A DNA stretch of 64,000 nt from Histomonas meleagridis 2922-C6/04-290x (lineage: Eukaryota; Protista; Parabasalia): positions 248,001-312,000 of the forward strand of contig JAANOX010000004.1 of the NCBI GenBank assembly GCA_020184695.1, in the 5' to 3' direction. Both the position numbers and the translations under genes were made by a program. Position 1 is the first letter of the stretch. Each line of letters begins with the position of its first letter. Below are positions 30,909 to 42,474 of this stretch, in pieces. Below the pieces are notes generated by a model that worked only from the letters and a program-made list of their open reading frames with translations, had not been told where the DNA came from and made no database searches.

Positions 30909-32333
30909 GTGATATTTAGGGGAATCACAGAATTTATAAAAAAGTGCGAGTTTTGTGTTTTGCTCTTCAAATCACCAAAAGCAATTAAACCAAATGCAAA
31001 AAGCAAATTCAAGCGGTTCAACAAAGGTGATGAGGTGATTTTTGATGAAAATGCAAAAGCGGAATTTTCTCAAATTTTATTTAATTTGGAAAATAATTGT
31101 ACTGAGAATTTTGCTGAATATTTCTTACGTTACTTAAGAGAGATAAATTCTTACTTGGGCAAATTCCAACAAATTCCTTTTGATATATTTTTTGAACAAT
31201 CCAATATTTTTAACATTTGCTTTCATTGTATCCAACGAATTTATACGAATTCGGACTTTGGTATTATTTCAGCAAAAATCATAATTCAATTTCTCCAAAG
31301 TTCACCAATTTTTTGTCAGCATCTTTTAAAGCAATGCATAGAAATATGTTTAAACATATTAAGCCAAAATATATATTTTCCAAAACTTTATTTGTTCATA
31401 AAAATACTTGTTATCCTCATCCAAAACAAGACTACGCAAGGATTTTTTGTGCAATTTCCAATTGATGTTATTCTTAACGTTCTCCGCAACACATCACTTC
31501 AAAAAATTCAATATCAAATTTTCTCTTTTTTATTAGAATATATCTCACTTTCAAACACTAAAGAGACATGTGATCGAATTATGGATTGTATTTATTCCAT
31601 TTCTGATAAAATCGAAACAGTTAATTCATTCCAATATGTATCAGAAATTTTACAACATTTTTTAAATAACAATTTTCTTGATCCTTTACTTTATATTCAA
31701 AGTAATTTATATAAAGTATTTCAAGAAGTTTTTTTTAATGAAGCAATTTTTATTTATTATTCCACTTTTTTTGTTGATTTACGTAATCAACTTCGTTATA
31801 TGAATACGGAATTGATTATAATTCCAATAAATCCGCTTTTGAGTTGTCTTGAGAGTAAAAATAATTATGTTTTAGCTGATGCTCTTTTATTGTTAAATCA
31901 ACAAATTTACTTTAGTCATTTTATTCCTAATGAAATAGTAAATTTTGTTGAAAAAGCAATTGATTCATTTGATGAAATTGATATGTTATCAAGAACGCAA
32001 TTTTTAATTCTTATTTTGATTTTAATTTGTGGAAATCCATCAATGTTTTGTATAGATAAATTCGTTGATAACTTTGTGAATGTGTACTTGTGGGAGTTTG
32101 TTGAGTCGTATTTCTCATATGATGTTGTGTTCTTCGGAATGAAGGCATTGATAACAATTTATAGAAATAATGGAATAGAAAAAATTGAAGATAATAATAT
32201 GGATAGTATTAGTCAATGGATAGAAAACAATGAAAGTGAAATAACTGATGAGGAATATAAAAGCCAAATTGCAGAGTTCATATTGGTAAGAAATGAAATG
32301 TTAGAAGTTATTAAGGCCAACGATGAATCATAA
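30909..32333 (+). CDS. Hypothetical ARM/HEAT-like protein lacking an in-frame ATG for its first 224 codons
   Basis: 474-codon open frame; first ATG at 31581; helical hydrophobic periodicity. Confidence 0.55.
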   Translation: MIFRGITEFIKKCEFCVLLFKSPKAIKPNAKSKFKRFNKGDEVIFDENAKAEFSQILFNLENNCTENFAEYFLRYLREINSYLGKFQQIPFDIFFEQSNIFNICFHCIQRIYTNSDFGIISAKIIIQFLQSSPIFCQHLLKQCIEICLNILSQNIYFPKLYLFIKILVILIQNKTTQGFFVQFPIDVILNVLRNTSLQKIQYQIFSFLLEYISLSNTKETCDRIMDCIYSISDKIETVNSFQYVSEILQHFLNNNFLDPLLYIQSNLYKVFQEVFFNEAIFIYYSTFFVDLRNQLRYMNTELIIIPINPLLSCLESKNNYVLADALLLLNQQIYFSHFIPNEIVNFVEKAIDSFDEIDMLSRTQFLILILILICGNPSMFCIDKFVDNFVNVYLWEFVESYFSYDVVFFGMKALITIYRNNGIEKIEDNNMDSISQWIENNESEITDEEYKSQIAEFILVRNEMLEVIKANDES

Positions 32334-32635
32334 GCGATTAATTTTGAAATAAAATGTAAATTTGTTAACACTTTTTATTAAATACAATTTTTCAAAACTG
32401 AACATTTTACACATGGATCAAATCATATTAATCAATATAATCTATGGCATAAAATATGAATTGCATCCTAATGAAGATCCACAATGATATGATGATCATA
32501 AATATTTATATCATTCTCTCTACCAAAAATAGAATTTTAATTCAGTATTCGTTAATAAAAAAGTTTTTTTTAATCAAAAAAATGCATAAAATGATATTAA
32601 AAAAATATAAACAAATATATAACATTTATTCTAAA

Positions 32636-35600
32636 TTATATCCATGGAATTAATATAGAAGAAGTACAACTTACAGATCTTTCTATTAATTCCTTAATAT
32701 TTTCTTCCGCTTCATTATCATTATTTCCCAATTCCGCATAATTTTCCACATTTTCGTATACATTAATTTTCATATCGAAAATTTTTTCCAAATAAAATTT
32801 AATTTTTGCTGATTTCAATGCGAAAATTTTTGCATTTTCTTTAATACCATCAGCAAAATCACCAAACAACAATACATCATCGATCATTTTTCTAATTTTA
32901 CCACATAATCTTAAAATCATTTTCTTTTTCCTTTGTGAATTACTTAATGACTTTACAACAATTTCATTACATTTTTCATCAAAAGTAAAATCGAAAGGAT
33001 TAAAAGTATCATTTTTTACCATAATTTGCAATAATGATAACAATGAATAATTCGAAGCGAATCTTGAAAAATATTCGAAAAATTGTTTTTTATTTTCTAT
33101 TTTATACTTATTTTTCATATTTTTCTCATTATTCTCATCTAAATAATCCTCATAATTAAATAATATCTTAAGTTTCGATGTTTTTATAAAAGGTTCAGCA
33201 GTAGTTTGTGATATATAAAACCCATCATTAATTTCCATTGTTGGGAACGTACATAATTTTGATGGGAATTTATTACAACAACAATTTTTTATTATGTCAT
33301 TAATTAAACTCGAGAACAAAGCCATTCGAATTGATAATGTTTCATTAGAAGTAATTATATAAGGAATAATTTTACCATTACTACCAAGAACATTAACAGA
33401 AACAAATTCACTGTTTTCATATGAAGTAAAAACACATAAAGAAACCATAATACATTCATTACAATTCTGATAAAGTATTGGTATTGATTGATAAAGATTT
33501 GTAGAATATATATATTGAGGTTCTTGGAATTCATCATTATAAAATTCTTCTGATTTAATAATATAAGATTTCTTAATAGAATTCGATTTAATTTGTTTAA
33601 TAATATTTTGTTCATATTCATTTTGAGTTTTAATATGTTTTAATTGTGGAAGTTCAATGATTTTTTGTAACTCATTAAGGAAAAATTGATCAGTAAATGT
33701 AATTTTATATTTATCCGTACATATAATACTAAAAGCAGGATGAACAATGTTCGAAAATGAATCATAACCAAGTTGCGCAAATAAATGTGAAAATTTATAT
33801 GGAATCGGTGAATTAACTGAGTAAATATGTTCAAAGATTCCTTTTGCTTCATTTATGATCGAATATCCATATAATATTGAAAAACTACTTTTCGGATTAA
33901 TTTCAAGTGACTTCTTTAAGTCATTGATTGATTTGATCGAATTAAGTAATGTTTCAATACGTTTTTGATATTCATTAACATCATTTTCTGTTATAAAATG
34001 TGTTTGTTTTGATTTTTCATATAATTTGTGATGATTAATTTCACGTTTATTAATTATATCTAAAAATTCTTTATCATCAATTATATGATTTATTATATTT
34101 ATAATGTTTTTACGTATGTTTAAATATGTTTCATGATAAATTGGTTCAATGTTTGGTATTAATTCAAATGAAAAAAGTTTCGATTTAGATTTTTCTTTAT
34201 TAATGTTAATGAAATAATTTAATTGATGAATTATTAAATATGAAAAAATTGTTTCTGATGTAATAAATGATAAACTTTTAATTATTGGCTGAAGTTCTTT
34301 TTGATAATATTCAATATAAGAATTAAAATTATAAAAATTTATGTTTTCAATTATTATATTATTAATTTGATTAAATAGTTTTGTATTAATTATTGATGAA
34401 AATTGGAATTTTTTCATTTCTTTTTCATTATTATTATTCCAATTATTTAATGATTTATTATAAAATGTTTTAAGTCCGAATTTATATTTTATAAAATAAT
34501 TATTCGAAAAATTATTTTCGATTTGTTTATAATCATAAAACAATTTATTAATAGTTTTTATTGGAAGATAACTTACGAATTGTAATATATCGGAAATTTT
34601 ATTATAATTTGTAAATTTCGAAATCAAAACAGATAAAAGATAATAATTTTCTTTTGAAACATTAATAATATTTTTCATTGGAATTTCGGATAATTCTTTA
34701 ATTATTTCATCTTCGAAATTATATATTAAGAAATTAATATTATTAACTTTAGTTCTTAATGAAAGTAAATCATAAAAATTTTTATCTATTTGAGAACATT
34801 TTGCTTTTAATAATAATTTTGATATTTCATTATTTTCTAAATAACTAAGTAAACGCTTTTGAAGGAAAACATCTTCTCGCTTCGATTTTAAACCATAAAA
34901 CAAAACTTTTAATACGAAATTTAAGTTACCTTTATCATATAAATTATTTTTAGCGTTATCAAAAGAATTTAAAATAAAATGAATTGATGAGTTATATGGA
35001 TAATTAAATATAAATACTAATGTTGACTCTGATAATAATGCATCGATTGGAGTCATATTAATTCCTCTTGAATATTCTAATACAAATGGTATTAATGTTG
35101 AGATTCGATATGATTCATCCGAAAATTTCCATAAAATTGGAAACGAATATTTCAAATTTTCATTTTTCTTTAACGATTTTAACTTTTCAAGTGTTTTCGT
35201 TTTATAATTCGGTGATTCGACTAAATAATAAATCGTTTGATAAATTATTGGCCAAATCATTGTATTTATTGTATTATTTGCAGCTTTCATTAACATATCA
35301 ATTAAGTTATCTAAAGCAGGTAAATTAATATTACTATTTGTTATAACTTTTACTAAATTCGGAAGAACATGAATTAACATATCAAACACTAATTGTTCAT
35401 TCATATTATTATTATTATTATTTGTATTAGTATTTGTTTGATTTGACGTCTTTTGATACATTTCACATGTTAAATTTATGAAAATCGATGGAAAATCTTC
35501 TTGTGGACCAAACGTATCGCCAAGTTTTAAAATGGAATTAATTCCATTCATGAAATCACCTTTTAACTTTAGAAGTGTTTCACATTTTTGTGCTTCATTT

Positions 35601-38600
35601 TCATTAGCAAATTTTAATATTTTATTAATAAATGATATTAAATATTGAGAAAGTGCACTTTTAATTGTTAACTTATTAATTGTAACAATTTTAGCTAAGA
35701 AAACAAATGTCGATTTAAATGTTTGAATAATTGGTTTTTTAATATATCTCTCAATGTCTATAGCTTGTTCTTCTATTACAGACCAAACTTTTAATTTAAT
35801 TGATTCGAAAATTTCTTGATTATTAATATAAATTGTAATGATCGATGCTAAAATTGAACGATAACTAAAATATTGATTTAATAAACTGATTAAAATTTGT
35901 GAAATTTCTTCTTTTTCTGGAACTTCTTTCGGAATTATTAAATTTTCACAAACAATTTGAATTTCATTTGATAAATATACATTAAAATACTTCGAAAATT
36001 CTTTAAAAATATCATAAAAATGATTTTCTTTAGTAACATAAGACCAATATTGGAAACATTTAACTTTAATTTCATCTGTTTCACAGTTAATAAATATTTC
36101 ATAAGGATCATAATTAATTGGATTAGTTAAAATTCTTGTTTCATATAAAGTATTAACAAAATTAAGGAAAACTTGAGCAGGGAAATTATTATAAATGAAA
36201 TCAATTAATTGATCCGAATATTCGAAATGTTTTTGAATATATGGAACTAAAAATGTTTCGAAAAATGAAATATTTATAAGAGGATCTTTACTATATTTTA
36301 AATCATAAAAAATATTAATTGGGAAATCATTAATTGTTGAAAACAATTGTATGAATAATGATGTTAAAAGTGGTGATTGAATTTCAAATGAACGAAAACT
36401 AATTTGGAGAAATATTTGATAATGATTTTTACTAAAATATTCAACAATCTCTTGGAATAACAATGATTTAAATTGGATAAAATCGGAATTATAATTATCA
36501 ATCATTGAATAATATACAGAACGAATAGAATCTATCATTTTAATGTCATCTTTTTTAATTATATAAGTAGATATTACTGCTAAAGAGAATTGTGATTGAA
36601 TTGGAATTTCATTTGTTGTTAATATTTCAGGTGTTATATTTAATTTATTTCCAACTTTTCGTATGAATTTTTTCATTTTTTTATGATGTAATAAAGGTAT
36701 AAAAGATGAAATTAAATTCGAGTTTTTAATGTTATTATTAAAAAATATTATAAATTGTTTTGATGAAAATGTGAAAAATAAAATTATATAATAATCAATT
36801 ATAGAATGTCTTAAATAAGAGAATAAATTATTAAGTGATAATAATAAATTTGCTGTTTTCATATATAAATCAATATCAATTAAATATTTTATGACTGATT
36901 TCGATGATATAAAATTTAATAATGATTTAATACATCTAAAAAATTCAGTTGGATTCGATGATTGAAATTGTGGTTGCAAAATATTGTGTCTAATGTTTTC
37001 TAAATCAGAAATTGCGATAGATATTAATTTATTTGGAAAAATAGGAAAAAAAGTAAATGAATTGTCCATAAAAGATGACCATTTTAATATACCATTTTTA
37101 ATTCTTTGTTCAAACATCACTGAAATTTTACTTTGTATTTCTTTAGATCCATTTTTATATAAGCTTTTTAATATTAATTGAGCTTGATATTTTAAAAATG
37201 AAAGTTGACAATTTAAAAGTTGTTGAATTTCTTCAAATAATACATTTTTATCAATATTAAATTTCAAATTATTTTGTATTATAGGGTTTATAAATACTAA
37301 AAATAAGCCTTTTTCTTTAGTATTCATTTTAGTTAAATTATTATTTAATTGTAAAAATTTACTTATTTTATTGAAATGTTTATCCAAAAGTGACGGATAT
37401 ATTCGAAAAAGTGGTCCAATGATTGGAGGCAAACAAAATTCAAAGTTAATATTCTTTTCATTTAAACATTCAATAACAAATTTATCAATAACTTCAATGT
37501 TATTATATTCAGATATTAATTCATAAGCAACTAACACTGGAAACAAATAAGAAGAAGATTTAATTATATTTAATATAAGTTGAATATCATTTTCTGTATT
37601 TTTAATTAATTCTCTACAAAAAGAAATTAATTTTTGATGTTTCCGTGGAATAATATTTAATTCTGATAAGTTCATAATTTGATCATCTCTTTGTTCATTT
37701 ATCCATTCAGAAGAATACATTTCGACAATAGATTTATGTACAATTAAACTTAAATAAACAGGTTCAACACATTCAACTAAAACTTCTTTCGATAAAACTT
37801 TACATAAATTTAATAAACAATATTTAGTTGGATGTAATTTTAAATCCAAAATTAATAATAAACATTTAATTATTTCTTTATATGTATCTTGATCTTTAAT
37901 AATACTTAAAAAATGTGATAATAAACTTATCGACGGATTTTCAAACCAACAACAAATCGCAAAAATTATATGTGCATTTATTATAATCGAATTTAATGTT
38001 GTTAATTTTATTAAATTTAATTCAACAATTTTTGTTTCTTTCGTATAATATAAAAGCCAATTCATAAAACTATTATGTAAAAATATTTGTGTTTCATGTG
38101 TTAATTCTTTTGAATTATACGATTTAATAATTTCATAATATATTTCCCATAAAAACAAATTATTCGGTTGTTTATTTAAAGCCGAATTTAATGATATCAT
38201 AAATTCGTTGTATTCGAAATTTAAATAATTTTTATTGTTCTTAAAAGTGATGATTTTTCGATTCATTAATGAATCAAATGTTATATTCATATTTTCGAAT
38301 TGTTTTCTTTCGATATGTTTAATGAAATATAAAATGTTTTGTTTAGAAGCTATTGAAGATTTATTCATATTTTGAAGTAATTTTATATATAAATTTGATA
38401 TCGATGGATTTGAAAAAAATAAATTTTTATCTAATTTTGAAGCTATTTTTAATATATTTAATATTTTTTCATTAGAATTCGTATCGAAATTTTTAATTAA
38501 CATATCAATTAAACATCTTAACTTTAAAACATTTTTATTCTTTTTCATACAAAATAAAATAAAATCTAAAAATTCATCAAAAGAATTTTTTGCTAAATTA

Positions 38601-40603
38601 ATACATATATAATTTATAAATCGATCAGTAATGATATAATTTGAAAAATTAATTTTAGGACAAATGATATCAACGAAATTACAAAATGTAGAAATTAATT
38701 TTAAAATATCTTTACAATATTTTGTTGAATAAATTAATTCTTTACAAGCAGTTAAAAATCTTAAACATTGTTTAGATATACCATCTATACCATCAAAGTC
38801 AATTATTTTATTATTAGCGTCAGTTATTTCGAATAATGATTGTAAACATAAAATTAAATGTGACAAATCAAAACCTTTTTGAAATTTTATTATAGCAAAT
38901 TGTAATAACGAAGCAATAAAACATGAAAACATTTTAGAATTAGACAAAACATTTTTAAAAGTACAAGGATCAAATAAAATTTTCTCAGGCAACTCAAAAA
39001 AATTCTCAAAAAAATCGTCCCAAATAATCAAAACAAAAGAAGATGGAACACTTATTATACAATTAATTAATTCTTGTGTAAAATGTATTTGATATTGACG
39101 AACTCTTTCAGATGTTTTCATTATTTTCATTTGTTGTAAACATAATCTATAATGTTGTGAGATTTTATCAATTGGATTTAGTTTCATTATTTTATAAGCT
39201 TTTTGAAGTATATCTCTATATTTCATAATAATAATTAAAGCGTTTCGAAACAGATTTAAAAGCAAGTTAAAATCAAGGATATCAAGTGGTGCAGCAAATG
39301 AACCTAATAAAGGTTTACCTATATAACCTAAATTATGTATAATTGTCTTTAAAAGTTGTGAGAAAATTTTTATTAATCGATAATAACTTTCTCCAATAAA
39401 TAATAAAGCTCCAAATATATTAACAACTTCGTTTTGATCATTAGCTTTTAGTTTTATTCGAGAAATTTGTTGTTCAACTTCTAAAAACCCAATGTTAAAA
39501 GCAAAAATAAATAATGAAACAATTGAATTCCTAAGTGGTGATTGAATGTTTGATATTTTTATTATGGAAAATAATGAGTTAATTCGTGTTGAACACTGAT
39601 TAAATGTTGATTTCCTAAAATGAAGTAAACTCGTAACAAATTTACAAAATTTGATTATAATATCATTGTTATTCTTTTGCTTTAATTCGATTTGTTGGTA
39701 AACTAATTGAATAAATAAAGTAAACGATTGAAGATTAGATTTCGTCAAATATTTAAAATCTAAAAAATCAGAAAAAACTTTTATTACAGGATCAAGGCGA
39801 GTATCTATATCTTGTTTGACAAATGAAAACAACGTAGAAACTGAATTTACAATGAAATTTGAATTAGATTGTGGGGTTTGAAATATGATTCGGATTAAAC
39901 ATTGAATTATTTCATTGTCAGGATCAATTTTGGACAAAACAAATATGGCTTTGCTTTGTAATATAAATAATGATATTAAATTTGGTAATGGAATTGAATC
40001 TGGAATGTATTTAATGATGCTTAAAAATTGGGGTTTAAGCATTAAGAGAAGTTGTTGAGAAGCAGAAAGAATGGTCGAAAGGGATAATAATGGAACTAAC
40101 TTTTCTGGAGTAATTTGATCTAGATTTTTTAGATAATTTTCAAAACGTTTTCGAAAGTTAGGAATAAGCTGTTGGATTAATTGGTCCTTATCTTCTAATG
40201 CGTTGCGTGCCATTTTAAGATAAAACGATAATTCTGAATCTGAAGATTCATTAATTTCCTTTTGAACAAGTTCAAATATTTCTTTTGTATTTTTTGAATT
40301 GAAAATTCGAAAAGATATAAAAGAATAAAATGAAAGAAAATCCATTCTTGTGGTTGAAGAATCAATTTGCATTTTCAAAAAATTAATAAAACTATTGGAA
40401 AGCTCATTACGAAGGCGGTCAACGTCATTTGATGAAGGATAATAAAATAATATATCGCGAATTTCATATATTGTTGCAACTAGATTATCGGGGTCAGATG
40501 ATGTATTCATTTTTTCGATTAAATCTCTTAAGCGAGGTTCTTCTGGTGGCCTAGGCCTAGGGGACTTTAATAAATTAATTTTTTTGCTTTGGTTTGAAAT
40601 CAT
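32636..40603 (-). CDS. Giant degenerate PIKK-family protein, Tra1/TRRAP-like (pseudokinase and FATC-like end)
   Basis: About 2655 aa; VLGSNGKIIPYII resembles TRRAP RGHNGKIYPYLV; C-terminal LIERSVSCTSSILIPWI* resembles FATC; no DxxxxN/DFG catalytic motifs seen. Confidence 0.7.
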   Translation of the reverse strand: MISNQSKKINLLKSPRPRPPEEPRLRDLIEKMNTSSDPDNLVATIYEIRDILFYYPSSNDVDRLRNELSNSFINFLKMQIDSSTTRMDFLSFYSFISFRIFNSKNTKEIFELVQKEINESSDSELSFYLKMARNALEDKDQLIQQLIPNFRKRFENYLKNLDQITPEKLVPLLSLSTILSASQQLLLMLKPQFLSIIKYIPDSIPLPNLISLFILQSKAIFVLSKIDPDNEIIQCLIRIIFQTPQSNSNFIVNSVSTLFSFVKQDIDTRLDPVIKVFSDFLDFKYLTKSNLQSFTLFIQLVYQQIELKQKNNNDIIIKFCKFVTSLLHFRKSTFNQCSTRINSLFSIIKISNIQSPLRNSIVSLFIFAFNIGFLEVEQQISRIKLKANDQNEVVNIFGALLFIGESYYRLIKIFSQLLKTIIHNLGYIGKPLLGSFAAPLDILDFNLLLNLFRNALIIIMKYRDILQKAYKIMKLNPIDKISQHYRLCLQQMKIMKTSERVRQYQIHFTQELINCIISVPSSFVLIIWDDFFENFFELPEKILFDPCTFKNVLSNSKMFSCFIASLLQFAIIKFQKGFDLSHLILCLQSLFEITDANNKIIDFDGIDGISKQCLRFLTACKELIYSTKYCKDILKLISTFCNFVDIICPKINFSNYIITDRFINYICINLAKNSFDEFLDFILFCMKKNKNVLKLRCLIDMLIKNFDTNSNEKILNILKIASKLDKNLFFSNPSISNLYIKLLQNMNKSSIASKQNILYFIKHIERKQFENMNITFDSLMNRKIITFKNNKNYLNFEYNEFMISLNSALNKQPNNLFLWEIYYEIIKSYNSKELTHETQIFLHNSFMNWLLYYTKETKIVELNLIKLTTLNSIIINAHIIFAICCWFENPSISLLSHFLSIIKDQDTYKEIIKCLLLILDLKLHPTKYCLLNLCKVLSKEVLVECVEPVYLSLIVHKSIVEMYSSEWINEQRDDQIMNLSELNIIPRKHQKLISFCRELIKNTENDIQLILNIIKSSSYLFPVLVAYELISEYNNIEVIDKFVIECLNEKNINFEFCLPPIIGPLFRIYPSLLDKHFNKISKFLQLNNNLTKMNTKEKGLFLVFINPIIQNNLKFNIDKNVLFEEIQQLLNCQLSFLKYQAQLILKSLYKNGSKEIQSKISVMFEQRIKNGILKWSSFMDNSFTFFPIFPNKLISIAISDLENIRHNILQPQFQSSNPTEFFRCIKSLLNFISSKSVIKYLIDIDLYMKTANLLLSLNNLFSYLRHSIIDYYIILFFTFSSKQFIIFFNNNIKNSNLISSFIPLLHHKKMKKFIRKVGNKLNITPEILTTNEIPIQSQFSLAVISTYIIKKDDIKMIDSIRSVYYSMIDNYNSDFIQFKSLLFQEIVEYFSKNHYQIFLQISFRSFEIQSPLLTSLFIQLFSTINDFPINIFYDLKYSKDPLINISFFETFLVPYIQKHFEYSDQLIDFIYNNFPAQVFLNFVNTLYETRILTNPINYDPYEIFINCETDEIKVKCFQYWSYVTKENHFYDIFKEFSKYFNVYLSNEIQIVCENLIIPKEVPEKEEISQILISLLNQYFSYRSILASIITIYINNQEIFESIKLKVWSVIEEQAIDIERYIKKPIIQTFKSTFVFLAKIVTINKLTIKSALSQYLISFINKILKFANENEAQKCETLLKLKGDFMNGINSILKLGDTFGPQEDFPSIFINLTCEMYQKTSNQTNTNTNNNNNNMNEQLVFDMLIHVLPNLVKVITNSNINLPALDNLIDMLMKAANNTINTMIWPIIYQTIYYLVESPNYKTKTLEKLKSLKKNENLKYSFPILWKFSDESYRISTLIPFVLEYSRGINMTPIDALLSESTLVFIFNYPYNSSIHFILNSFDNAKNNLYDKGNLNFVLKVLFYGLKSKREDVFLQKRLLSYLENNEISKLLLKAKCSQIDKNFYDLLSLRTKVNNINFLIYNFEDEIIKELSEIPMKNIINVSKENYYLLSVLISKFTNYNKISDILQFVSYLPIKTINKLFYDYKQIENNFSNNYFIKYKFGLKTFYNKSLNNWNNNNEKEMKKFQFSSIINTKLFNQINNIIIENINFYNFNSYIEYYQKELQPIIKSLSFITSETIFSYLIIHQLNYFININKEKSKSKLFSFELIPNIEPIYHETYLNIRKNIINIINHIIDDKEFLDIINKREINHHKLYEKSKQTHFITENDVNEYQKRIETLLNSIKSINDLKKSLEINPKSSFSILYGYSIINEAKGIFEHIYSVNSPIPYKFSHLFAQLGYDSFSNIVHPAFSIICTDKYKITFTDQFFLNELQKIIELPQLKHIKTQNEYEQNIIKQIKSNSIKKSYIIKSEEFYNDEFQEPQYIYSTNLYQSIPILYQNCNECIMVSLCVFTSYENSEFVSVNVLGSNGKIIPYIITSNETLSIRMALFSSLINDIIKNCCCNKFPSKLCTFPTMEINDGFYISQTTAEPFIKTSKLKILFNYEDYLDENNEKNMKNKYKIENKKQFFEYFSRFASNYSLLSLLQIMVKNDTFNPFDFTFDEKCNEIVVKSLSNSQRKKKMILRLCGKIRKMIDDVLLFGDFADGIKENAKIFALKSAKIKFYLEKIFDMKINVYENVENYAELGNNDNEAEENIKELIERSVSCTSSILIPWI

Positions 40604-40632
40604 CTCCCCCAATCCCAATGAACGTTAGTTGA

Positions 40633-42039
40633 ACGATACGAGATAAACAAAAGTACGATAGTAGGAACAAGCTGAAAACAAATTATAAGCAAACAACAAC
40701 TAAGAAAACAAAGCAACTTACTCATTTAATTGCTGCAGAAGAGGAAGAAATCAAGGAAAATTGCAAAGACAACGAAGAAAAATCATTTTATTTAATACAA
40801 CATTTATGTCAAATATGGGAAGAAAAAGATTTCTCTTCTTTGACTGGTGTTATTAATAGAATTGCTAATATTTCAAGTTTACCTGGTTGTAATCTATCAA
40901 TTTTTTTCAACGATTTTCAAGCATTTCCACAAATTTTACTTTCAATAGTTACATCCCCCCCTCAAACAGAAGGGCTAACTAATGTATTAGCCAGTACATT
41001 TTGTATAATTGCAAATATTTTGAATTATGATAATCCAGATTTCCAATCATTTTTAATTAATAATAACTTTATTCGAATATGCTATGACTGTTTGCAATCA
41101 GACACTTCCAGTCAATTTGTTATTTCTTGTGTTTCAAGGCTTTCAGATATGGAATCTTGTATAATCATATCACAAGTATTTCCTCTTGATTATCTTATGC
41201 GACTCATTATAAATATAAGTGATTGTGATCCTCCAATTATTTTTTTAAATTTAGTTCGCAATAAAGTATATGAAAGACAAGTTATATTATCATGTTTTGA
41301 TTATATTTTACCATTATCAAATCCTCTCCATTATGAATATTTTTTAGATGCTATTAGAGAAATCATTGATGACCCGGAATGTTTTGAAAATTTATTGAAG
41401 ATGCCTTCTATTGGAGGATTCCTCAACAAATGTTTGAACGATAACAACCCCAATTCAAATAGAAGAGCGATAAACCTACTTTCAATATTTTACACCAGTT
41501 CAAATTGTGAATTTGGCTTCGATCTACAGAAAATCATTGAATTTGCAGCGACAAGTAAGTGGGATACTGCCAAACATTGTTTATTATTATTATTAAATTA
41601 TGGTGATGATGAAATTAAAATTGAAAGCCTGATAAGATGTAACATTATAGATTTAATTAACAGTATATTTGAAAAAGGCACATATCAATATAAAGTATTA
41701 ACTTCAAAAATTTTAGTTAATATTGCATTACTTGGAGAACAATCATTAATAAAACAAATGTTGTTTCAAGATGGCTTAGTCGAAAATTTACTTAGCACAT
41801 TAGGTTTTTATAAAGATGATAACGAAATTTCTTATTTGTTGGATGCTTTGATAAGGTTATCCGACATTATATCTTTCGATTTAGAAGGAAAAAATTCGTT
41901 TATTCAATTGTTTGAGCAATCGGAGTTTCAAGAGTTTGTGATCGGATTACAAGAAAATGAGCACATTCCAGAAATACACGAAAGTGTTGAAAAGTTACAA
42001 GGTTTTCTAAGCAGTGAAGAGCAAAAGAGTTGGTCATAG
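40633..42039 (+). CDS. ARM-repeat-like hypothetical protein; start unresolved (ATG 40618 is followed by in-frame TGA 40630)
   Basis: Frame is open from 40633, beyond the ORF-track start; first downstream ATG is at 41149. Confidence 0.65.
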   Translation, partial: TIRDKQKYDSRNKLKTNYKQTTTKKTKQLTHLIAAEEEEIKENCKDNEEKSFYLIQHLCQIWEEKDFSSLTGVINRIANISSLPGCNLSIFFNDFQAFPQILLSIVTSPPQTEGLTNVLASTFCIIANILNYDNPDFQSFLINNNFIRICYDCLQSDTSSQFVISCVSRLSDMESCIIISQVFPLDYLMRLIINISDCDPPIIFLNLVRNKVYERQVILSCFDYILPLSNPLHYEYFLDAIREIIDDPECFENLLKMPSIGGFLNKCLNDNNPNSNRRAINLLSIFYTSSNCEFGFDLQKIIEFAATSKWDTAKHCLLLLLNYGDDEIKIESLIRCNIIDLINSIFEKGTYQYKVLTSKILVNIALLGEQSLIKQMLFQDGLVENLLSTLGFYKDDNEISYLLDALIRLSDIISFDLEGKNSFIQLFEQSEFQEFVIGLQENEHIPEIHESVEKLQGFLSSEEQKSWS

Positions 42040-42474
42040 GAAATGCAAAATGATTCACATTAATGTTAAGTAAAAATAAGTTTATATTGAACTATTTATA
42101 ATTTTTCATAATTTCATGAAATTATCACAATTATTCGCTTTAAAAATCAATATTTATAAAATAATTTCATTTAAAATCTAAATTAGAAAAGTTTATCGAT
42201 TTGGTTAATAATTTTTCCAAAGAATATCTTCATTAAAATTCAATTACAATTGTGAATATTTTAGTATCATAACAACTAAAAGTTTATTATTTTAATGTCT
42301 TTACAACTTTATTTTAAAGACTGATGTATACTAGAAATAATAAAACCAAAACATTAGAGATCGCAATCACAAGAATTAAATGATTAAGTTATAACATATC
42401 GTCTATGAAGTGAATTGTAATAATAAACTTCTGAAAATAAAAACTTGTTCCAAAATTCATTTGTGCCCACTTAC

